The notes beneath the pieces are model-generated. The model was given only the letters and a program-made list of their open reading frames with translations. It searched no databases and was not told where the DNA came from. From a virus: a stretch of DNA of 49,203 nucleotides. This document shows, piece after piece, positions 9,453-16,152 of this stretch. The position numbers and the translations under genes are program-made. Within the stretch, counting starts at the first letter, position 1. Each line of letters begins with the position of its first letter. The stretch lies in IMG/VR virus record IMGVR_UViG_3300025875_000043; one strand, written 5' to 3'.

Positions 9453-9683
9453 TTAGAACGGTATTTCATCCGATGGCATATAGCTATCGCAACCGAATGC
9501 CACCACGCGCGGCGGCGGGTTGCCGTTGTGCATCATGCAATAAAGGTTTGGTTCCTTGAACGAAGCACAGTTGAAACAACAACGCTTGCTTCGTTCCACC
9601 GCCTTTGCAACAGCGTCGTGAATTGCCTTTACCAAAGCCGCCCGGTCTTTCACTTGGCTTTCGTTTACTGGGTCAGAACTCAT
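9453..9683 (-). CDS. Small Cys-rich (Zn-ribbon-like) protein ending in an SSB-type C-terminal tip (SDEIPF)
   Basis: 76 aa with CCFNC...C...C and C-terminus ...YMPSDEIPF-stop. Overlaps the helicase 3' end by 11 nt and abuts the next start. Confidence 0.65.
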   Translation of the reverse strand: MSSDPVNESQVKDRAALVKAIHDAVAKAVERSKRCCFNCASFKEPNLYCMMHNGNPPPRVVAFGCDSYMPSDEIPF

Positions 9684-11460
9684 ATCCCATTATCTCCGGT
9701 GTTTGCTTGTTGACCCAAACGTTGATGCGCCGGGGTGCCCTTAGTTCGCCAATCAATTCAAGCACCTTTGCGTTAGTTGTCGGCACGTCTTCATCCCAAC
9801 CGGGTTCCCAACTGTGCCGGCCGTCGCTATAGTGGAACCTTTGCCGGAACCAATCGCGCGACTTCTTACGAAAGAACGTCACCGGGCTTTCAACCGATAT
9901 GTATTCGTAAAAGGTCTTCAACCCGCAAAAGTAAGCAACCCGAATGCTTGCCCGCCCGCTGGCCTTGCTAGTGTGGGCAGTTAGAACCATATGTTTGACT
10001 TCATAAGGTTCAATCTGTGGAAGGTCCGACCGCAACAGTTCAAGGTTCGACGCATTGCGGTTAAGCTTTTCGGCAAAGGTAAATTCAGTGCCGCACACAA
10101 TACATTCACGCGCCGACGCATGGTTATAGGTGTTGCATTGAACGCCGTTAATGATTGCTTCGCAAATCCTGACCGGCGCGTCACCTGGCGGGCCGGAACC
10201 CTTCGGCCGGGGGATAACCGGGTCATTGATAGGGCCAAGCCGGCGAGTGTTGCCAGCGAAGTCAAGCACCAAACAATTGTTTTTGATGAACGGGAAGTTG
10301 GTTGCCAGTTCGCGGTTGGTTTCAGTCAGATAATCATAAGGACGTGTGCCACGGCCAAGCATTTGAACCCAAAGCCCTGGCGACATAGTTGGCCGAAGCA
10401 TCGCAATTAGGTCAATCGGCTTGTGGTCAACGCCAGTGGTCAGCTTGTTCATGCTAACGGCGGCGCGGGCTTTGCCGGTCTTCCACGCCGTAAATGCTTC
10501 GTCGTTTTCGGCATCGGTTTTGTTGCTGTGCATACACACAGTTGGAATGCCAAAAATGCTGTTCAGCATTTCAGCAACGTGTTCGGCGTGTTCAACACCG
10601 CTGGCGAAGATTAGCCAACACGCGCGGTCTTGGCCTTCCTCCACCACTTGCTTCAGCGCGCCATAAGTGACGGTTTCTTTGTCAACCGCCGCCTGAAGTT
10701 CGCCGGCCTTAAACTCACCTTGCGACATACCGACGCCGGAAACGTCAAGCGTGACGTTGGTGCGACGTGGGATAAGCGGGCACAAAAAGCCATCGGCCAA
10801 AAGCCGGTTGAACCCGTCAATGTTGCACAAATCATAAACGACGTGCGTAAACAACGGCCCGTTCGTCATTGGCCCTAAGCCAAGACGGTAAGGCGTGGCG
10901 GTGAAACCAATGACCTTCAGCCAAGGATTGATATTAGGGCTGTTCGCATTGATGCCAGCCGGCCCTTTGGTCAATTCTTCAATAAACTTCACATAGCTTG
11001 TGTCGGCGTTAGGGCTAAGCAAATGCGCTTCGTCAATGCCGAGCAAGTCACGCTTGCCGAGCAACGGGAACTTGCCGACCATTGATTGCACGCCGCCAAA
11101 GATAAGCGGTTGCATGGTGTCGCGTTGCTTCAAGCCGGCGCTATAGACGCCAAGTGGTGCCAGCGGCCAAATTTCTAGCATTTTCGCCGCGTTTTGCCGT
11201 ATCAGTTCCTTAACGTGCGTCGCCATGATAGCGCGGGTGCCAGGATACATGATAAGCGCACGCCGGAAAAATTCAGCGATGACCACCGACTTGCCGGTGC
11301 CAGTAGGAAGACAGACAAGCGGGTTGGCGGGTTCTTGCGAGTGCGCGCGGGCCGGATCATTGAAGAAGTCGAACAGTGCTTGCACCGCTTCTTCTTGATA
11401 CCAACGAAGCTTAATCGGCTCTAATACCGGCCCGCCGTTATGTCCTATGCCAGCCGACAC
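9673..11460 (-). CDS. Superfamily-2 DEAH-box DNA helicase with a C-terminal zinc ribbon
   Basis: LPTGTGKS (motif I), GIDEAHLL (motif II), GFTATP (motif III), QMLGRGTR (motif VI) and CEAIINGVQCN...CIVCG. GTG start lies directly after the upstream TAA. The N-terminus carries GIGHNGGP. Confidence 0.85.
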   Translation of the reverse strand: MSAGIGHNGGPVLEPIKLRWYQEEAVQALFDFFNDPARAHSQEPANPLVCLPTGTGKSVVIAEFFRRALIMYPGTRAIMATHVKELIRQNAAKMLEIWPLAPLGVYSAGLKQRDTMQPLIFGGVQSMVGKFPLLGKRDLLGIDEAHLLSPNADTSYVKFIEELTKGPAGINANSPNINPWLKVIGFTATPYRLGLGPMTNGPLFTHVVYDLCNIDGFNRLLADGFLCPLIPRRTNVTLDVSGVGMSQGEFKAGELQAAVDKETVTYGALKQVVEEGQDRACWLIFASGVEHAEHVAEMLNSIFGIPTVCMHSNKTDAENDEAFTAWKTGKARAAVSMNKLTTGVDHKPIDLIAMLRPTMSPGLWVQMLGRGTRPYDYLTETNRELATNFPFIKNNCLVLDFAGNTRRLGPINDPVIPRPKGSGPPGDAPVRICEAIINGVQCNTYNHASARECIVCGTEFTFAEKLNRNASNLELLRSDLPQIEPYEVKHMVLTAHTSKASGRASIRVAYFCGLKTFYEYISVESPVTFFRKKSRDWFRQRFHYSDGRHSWEPGWDEDVPTTNAKVLELIGELRAPRRINVWVNKQTPEIMGYEF

Positions 11461-12408
11461 TTAGGCAATCCTTGCGTAACTGGCACACCCTTGCGGGATG
11501 ATATATTTAGGTATGTTGGCGTTATGCACCTGGCAAAACCATTCCGCGCCTTCGACGGGAAAAGCGTTGCGACAGCTTCGGCAATTCTTTGTGGGCACTT
11601 CCCCACGGTGACACAGGCCGGCAAAGTCGCAATACTTACAGTCAAAGAACGTGTCGGTTTGTGCTATCTTCGGCGGGCGCGTTTGGCTGAACACAATGCC
11701 TTCAGCCTTCCTAAAAAGGTCATCGGCTTGCCGGAAGTCTAGCTTAACAATTTCAAAATATAGTTCGTCGGTTTCTTTGTTGACCGCGCAATAAAGGCCA
11801 TAATTGAAGTTATAAGCGCGGCCATAGGAACACATTTGCCGATAATGTTGGGGCTTGCTCTTTTGCACGCCGTCGCCGCCAGTGCGCGGCGCGTCCATTT
11901 TATCCCATGACGGCTTTTTGCCGGCTAGCTTGGCAAACGACTTTTCGTTGTGCGTCTTGAACTCGCCAAGCCAAATGATATGTTCAGCCGGAATGCCATA
12001 ACGTTCCGGCGGCTTCATCATGGCGTCAAGTGACCCGCCGAAGTGCCCTTTAGCACCGACGATGCGAAATTGCTTCTTGGTTTCAGGGTCAAGTTCGCGC
12101 ACCTGAAAACCGATGCCTTCAAGCCAACGAACAAAGCGGGCTTCTTCAGCGTGCCCACGGTTGAACAGCCGCAACATTCGGCCGCTGAACGCTTCAAAGC
12201 GCAACCACCTAAACGTATTCCAGGCGTAAGCTTGGCAGTCATTGCCGATGATCGAAGCGCCAAGATGCGTGCGCGGGTCTTCGGCAAATTCTTCGCGGCA
12301 AAACTTGTCAATGTCGGCTTGGATTTGAAGCACTAGCCGCTTGCGGTCAATAGGGTCAGCCAAGTCTAGGGCCGGCCCGCCATTGTGACCAATGCCAGGT
12401 TGGTTCAT
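11461..12408 (-). CDS. PD-(D/E)XK exonuclease, Cas4/RecB-like, with an Fe-S cluster Cys set
   Basis: GSLDAMM...WLGEFKTHN (D...ExK). An N-terminal Cys (GNDCQAY) plus C-terminal CKYCDFAGLC (CX2CX5C) matches the Cas4/AddB pattern. There is an extra CRSC...CQVH...C. The N-terminus carries GIGHNGGP. Confidence 0.75.
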   Translation of the reverse strand: MNQPGIGHNGGPALDLADPIDRKRLVLQIQADIDKFCREEFAEDPRTHLGASIIGNDCQAYAWNTFRWLRFEAFSGRMLRLFNRGHAEEARFVRWLEGIGFQVRELDPETKKQFRIVGAKGHFGGSLDAMMKPPERYGIPAEHIIWLGEFKTHNEKSFAKLAGKKPSWDKMDAPRTGGDGVQKSKPQHYRQMCSYGRAYNFNYGLYCAVNKETDELYFEIVKLDFRQADDLFRKAEGIVFSQTRPPKIAQTDTFFDCKYCDFAGLCHRGEVPTKNCRSCRNAFPVEGAEWFCQVHNANIPKYIIPQGCASYARIA

Positions 12409-12468
12409 CGGTTCAACTCACTTTTTCGCTTAGAAAGCGGGCGGCTTAGCGCCAGCTATCTAAGCGCC

Positions 12469-12490
12469 GGGGCCGGCCGAAACCGGCCCC
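12469..12490 (-). other. GC hairpin 3' of the SSB-like gene with no U-tract (possible RNA stabiliser or weak terminator)
   Basis: ggggccgg-ccgaaa-ccggcccc: a perfect 8-bp stem 8 nt downstream of the stop at 12498. Confidence 0.3.
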
Positions 12491-12497
12491 GAACGCC

Positions 12498-13436
12498 TTA
12501 GCGCGCCTGACCCCAACCGGCAGCACCGCCGCCCGCCTGGCCACCGCCCTGACCGCCCCAACCGCCGGCCGCGCCGCCCTGTTGACCGCCGCCCTGACCT
12601 TGGCCGGCCTGGCCACCCTGACCGCCCCAAGCGCCTTGCTGACCGCCTTGACCGCCGCCATTCTGACCCTGACCCGCGTTCGGATCGGTGCCGCCTTGCT
12701 GGCCACCCCAACCACCGGCTTGACCGCCCTGGCCACCACCGTTGCCGAAGCCGCCGCCTTGCTGACCGCCGCCTTGCTGTTCGCCGCCCTGACCGCCACC
12801 GCCAAAGCCGCCACCGCCCTGACCGCCACCGAAGCCGCCTTGCTGACCCTGGCCACCCTGACCCTGGCCACCGCCGTTGTCGCCGCCCCATGACCCGGTG
12901 CCCTGAACGCCGCCAGCGGGCGGGCCGTTCGGTGCGCCACCGCTGTTGCCAGCCTGACCCGCGTTGGCCTGTGGCCCCGCGCCGGCCTTGCCAGGGGGGT
13001 TGCCGTTCACGTCATAGATGGCCTTGACTTCGGTGTAACCCTTGGCGCGGGCTTCTTCACCCTTCTGCAAGCCGACTTCGACGACGAACGGGATGCCATG
13101 AAGTTCCTGTGTGTCGTTGAACTGGAACTTGCCGATAACGTGGCAATACGCCGAAAGCTGGCCGTTCGCAATACGCACCACTTCGGGGTTGGAGTGCATA
13201 AGGTTCAGACGATCAGTGTGCTTCACGTCCTTTTGCGGGCCTTCGACGCACGCCAGTTCAAGGCCAAGATAGCCGCCCTTGACGTTGCCGAAGCTGTCCT
13301 TGGTATCAGTCGGTGCGCTGTTGACGATAACGACCTTATACTTGACGTTTTCGCCATTCGGGCCGGCCGGAAGACCGCCACCGCCAGCACCATAAGACGG
13401 CGTGTGCTGTTGTGCGTTGAACGAATAGGCAACCAT
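12498..13436 (-). CDS. DUF669-type phage ssDNA-binding-like protein with a C-terminal Gly/Gln-rich tail of about 170 aa. The alternative start at 13604 would add 56 aa.
   Basis: MVAYSFNAQQ...YKVVIVNS...RLNLMHSNPEVVRIANGQLSAYCHVIG matches my memory of the DUF669 core. SD GAAGGATTAAGCGAA precedes ATG 13436. It lies next to a Sak4-like ATPase, the usual pairing. Confidence 0.7.
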   Translation of the reverse strand: MVAYSFNAQQHTPSYGAGGGGLPAGPNGENVKYKVVIVNSAPTDTKDSFGNVKGGYLGLELACVEGPQKDVKHTDRLNLMHSNPEVVRIANGQLSAYCHVIGKFQFNDTQELHGIPFVVEVGLQKGEEARAKGYTEVKAIYDVNGNPPGKAGAGPQANAGQAGNSGGAPNGPPAGGVQGTGSWGGDNGGGQGQGGQGQQGGFGGGQGGGGFGGGGQGGEQQGGGQQGGGFGNGGGQGGQAGGWGGQQGGTDPNAGQGQNGGGQGGQQGAWGGQGGQAGQGQGGGQQGGAAGGWGGQGGGQAGGGAAGWGQAR

Positions 13437-13607
13437 TTCGCTTAATCCTTCTATCGTTTGGTTTCGTTTACAGGCTTCGATTGCGTAAAAGAGTTGGGCC
13501 GCTTGCCATTCAAGCCGTTTTGCCAGCCGCTCTATATCTAGCAATATCTCCTTATCTTCAGCCGTCAAGCGCGGCTCTTTGAAAGTTGTGCCACAGCCGC
13601 GCATGGC

Positions 13608-13916
13608 TTAGACAGTGTGAAGGCCAAAATGAACAAGGCCGTGCGCTTCACGCCACTTGTTCATATCCTGTGCCTTTGCCGACGCCGAAGCAACTTGCGG
13701 ATCATTGGCGTTACCTTCGCCATGATGATACGCATAGCCGGGGTCAGAAACCGTGTCGCTGAAGATGCTGACGGCGCTGGCCGTGTCACCTTTGCGAAGT
13801 GCCGCCCAAAGTGCCGCCAGATGCGGGGCCAACGGGTCGCGGGCGCGAAGCACAAACACAGGTTCACCCGGTTCAAGTTCACTTCGCAAGCCGGGAAGCA
13901 ACGGCTGTTCGTTCAT
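13608..13916 (-). CDS. Hypothetical protein (102 aa)
   Basis: Internal ATG 13916 is preceded by GAAGGGATTGCCCAC and lies just after the Sak4 stop. The longer ORF-track start (14021) would overlap Sak4 by 90 nt. Confidence 0.5.
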   Translation of the reverse strand: MNEQPLLPGLRSELEPGEPVFVLRARDPLAPHLAALWAALRKGDTASAVSIFSDTVSDPGYAYHHGEGNANDPQVASASAKAQDMNKWREAHGLVHFGLHTV

Positions 13917-13929
13917 GTGGGCAATCCCT

Positions 13930-14781
13930 TCAAAGGTTGCGGTTATAAAGGTCAATGCCGCACGTCTTATAGATTGCGTCGGCAAGGTAATTCCAGCCTT
14001 GGGCGGCGGGAATGGCGACAAGGCCGGTCATGCCATAGCGATTGCCGGCAACCCATTGTGGTTGACGTTCAACGGCAAGTTGCCGGCCTTGATTGGAGGA
14101 AACGGCGCGGTTCGGGCCTTTGCCATCTTCCGACTTCATCACAAAGTAAGGTTCGTGAAGGAAGCCGATAAGGTCAGCCCATTGCGTAATAAATTCGCGC
14201 TTTCCGTATTCCTTTTGATTCTTTGGCGAATGCAACAACAAATCCCATTGCTGAAATTCGCCATGTTGCGGGTCTTGCACCAATGCCGGAAAGACGTGGC
14301 AAGTGACAATGGTGTTGACGCCGTAACGGGTCAGTTCGTCGGCGTAGCGGCTCCACATAGCGAACATATCATTGGCAATGCTGTAAGCCTTGCCATAACC
14401 GCCAAGCGCGCTGTTCAGCGTCAGGCCAGCCGGGTTGCCAGGCTTCCAAGCCTTATCCAACTGCAATGTCGCTTCGTGAATAAGCCGCTCCAAAGCGGTG
14501 GCGCTATCCCACACAATCGACGTGCCGGGGCCGATACGCTTAGCGATAGCCGCCGACCGCAATTCTTCGCATAGCTGGCTGACCGCCGCCCATGTGTGAA
14601 GTTCGGGGGTCTTTGCCACCGTCATAGCGGCGTAACCCATTTCAAGCGGCACTAGCAACGCGCCAGGTGCGCCACATGCCAGCGTCGTCTTGCCCATCTT
14701 TTCAGAACCGGCAATGACGATGCGTTGACCAACTTGTGTGCGGCCGGTTGTGACACCGCCAAGAATGCTTTGACCGGCCAT
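13930..14781 (-). CDS. Sak4-like RecA-fold ATPase (AAA_24 type single-strand annealing / recombination protein)
   Basis: Walker A IAGSEKMGKTT and Walker B-like SIVWDS. Size and position beside DUF669 fit. Confidence 0.7.
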   Translation of the reverse strand: MAGQSILGGVTTGRTQVGQRIVIAGSEKMGKTTLACGAPGALLVPLEMGYAAMTVAKTPELHTWAAVSQLCEELRSAAIAKRIGPGTSIVWDSATALERLIHEATLQLDKAWKPGNPAGLTLNSALGGYGKAYSIANDMFAMWSRYADELTRYGVNTIVTCHVFPALVQDPQHGEFQQWDLLLHSPKNQKEYGKREFITQWADLIGFLHEPYFVMKSEDGKGPNRAVSSNQGRQLAVERQPQWVAGNRYGMTGLVAIPAAQGWNYLADAIYKTCGIDLYNRNL

Positions 14782-14784
14782 GTT

Positions 14785-15045
14785 CTAATTGCTCCATCCG
14801 CGCGCATAAGTTGGCGCTTTCTTGCCTTCGCACTTTACGCCAGTGCCTTCAAGTTCAAGCACCTTGTAATCAGGGTGCGACGTGCCGTAAGTGTCGAACT
14901 TATCGGAAATGCGAAGGAAGCCGCCGGCCGCGCCAATAAACACCTGGCCGTTGCGATGGTAAAGCTTGGCTTGCACCTGAACGCCTTTCGGCTTGCGGAC
15001 GATAGCAACGCCGTCGTCAATCAGGGTGAACAGCGCAACCGGCAT
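14785..15045 (-). CDS. Hypothetical protein (86 aa)
   Basis: ATG 15045 is preceded by GAAGGATTAAGGCC, and the SD overlaps the upstream stop. Confidence 0.5.
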   Translation of the reverse strand: MPVALFTLIDDGVAIVRKPKGVQVQAKLYHRNGQVFIGAAGGFLRISDKFDTYGTSHPDYKVLELEGTGVKCEGKKAPTYARGWSN

Positions 15046-15049
15046 GGCC

Positions 15050-15727
15050 TTAATCCTTCTTCGGTTCTTCAAAGGTCAGTTGCGGCGACGCCGGCTTTAG
15101 CGTCAGAATTTCAGCGATGGCGTCGCGCACGGCCTTTTCAGCCGGGATTGCTTCGTCAAGCTTTTCATATTCCGACAAGCTAAGTTCGGGCTTCCACTTG
15201 ATAACCCGCTTCAGCACTTGTTCGCCAACCGGGCCGAAACCTTCAAAGGCTTCAACGTCAGGCGTTGCCGGCGCACCGTCAATAATGCGGTCTTCAAGCG
15301 CCCGCACTTGTGCTTCAATGGCAATCGCCTTGCCTTCGGCGTCAACGGCTTCCTTGTTGCCAAGGGTCGCGGTCATGCCATGAACAAGCTTGACCTTATA
15401 GCCGCCGCCAATGTCATAGCGTTGCGTGCCCTTCTTGGGCGCGGGGAACAGCGTTGCCGTCACCTTCGCGCGCAAGTCGGCTTCGTTCGTCTTGGCGTTT
15501 TCCAAGACCGGCTTGGCCGCAAGCCAATGTTCAATTTCGGCATTGCGCCGAAGCCGGAAGTGTTCGGGGTCTTCCGTATCCGGCTGGCCGGCATACTTGA
15601 CTTCATACTTGACGACAGGTGCCGCCACTTCGACGGCGGCGGGGGTGCCCCAACCGTCGCCTGTGCCGCTGTTGTGACCAATGCCACCTTCAACGACGGG
15701 GGGAGTGCCCCAACCTTCACCGTTCAT
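15050..15727 (-). CDS. Hypothetical protein (225 aa), first gene of the leftward replication/recombination operon
   Basis: ATG 15727 is preceded by AAAGGAATTACCCAC. The N-terminus is MNGEGWGTPPVVEGGIGHNSGTGDGWGTP. The upstream 38 codons in the ORF track look non-coding. Confidence 0.55.
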   Translation of the reverse strand: MNGEGWGTPPVVEGGIGHNSGTGDGWGTPAAVEVAAPVVKYEVKYAGQPDTEDPEHFRLRRNAEIEHWLAAKPVLENAKTNEADLRAKVTATLFPAPKKGTQRYDIGGGYKVKLVHGMTATLGNKEAVDAEGKAIAIEAQVRALEDRIIDGAPATPDVEAFEGFGPVGEQVLKRVIKWKPELSLSEYEKLDEAIPAEKAVRDAIAEILTLKPASPQLTFEEPKKD

Positions 15728-15918
15728 GTGGGTAATTCCTTTGCCCGGTTTGTCGCCGCCATTGGCAGGAAATGCAAAGCGCCTGGCGCGATGCGAACCG
15801 TTCCCGTCAATGGCGACCCCGGCACTAACGCACGCCGGCAAGGCGCGGTCAAGCGCAAATTATTATTTTCCTTTCGGCCTTGCCGAGCCGTTCGGATCAT
15901 GCCAGCCATAGGCGGTCA

Positions 15919-15932
15919 GTGCCACAGGGCAC
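15919..15932. promoter_or_regulatory. Candidate operator palindrome in the divergent region upstream of the HTH gene
   Basis: gtgcc-acag-ggcac lies immediately before ctataa and ATG 15953. Confidence 0.25.
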
Positions 15933-15952
15933 CCCTATAAACCGGGCCAAAC

Positions 15953-16150
15953 ATGACTTCATCACTTTTAAGGGCAACTTTGCTGTTGCTTGACCAAACC
16001 GCGCTTGAAGATTGGAAGCGTATTGCTGACCAATGCGACGTTTCCGTTGGTTGGTTGCGGCTTCTTTGTGACGGGAAAGTCAAAGAACCTGGCGTGAACA
16101 AGATTGAACGTGTATATTGCGTTCTTTCCGGCAAGGCATTGGAACTGTAA
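15953..16150 (+). CDS. Small helix-turn-helix DNA-binding protein (Cro/YdaS-like)
   Basis: 65 aa. LEDWKRIADQCDVSVGWLRLLCDG fits an HTH. It is the first gene of a divergent unit and lies upstream of the primase. Confidence 0.45.
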   Translation: MTSSLLRATLLLLDQTALEDWKRIADQCDVSVGWLRLLCDGKVKEPGVNKIERVYCVLSGKALEL

Positions 16151-16152
16151 GA

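Noticed and set aside
12446-12940. Three extra long ORFs (two on the minus strand, one on the plus strand) over the G/Q-tail repeat region
   Set aside because: All frames stay open because of the GGN/GCC periodicity. Only the frame continuous with the DUF669 core is credible.
13437-13604. 56-codon N-terminal extension of the DUF669 gene (start at 13604)
   Set aside because: I did not adopt it as the primary model. ATG 13436 has a strong SD and matches the usual DUF669 N-terminus, whereas ATG 13604 has none. The extension looks helical and coding-like, and its ATG is 3 nt from the upstream stop, so it remains an alternative.
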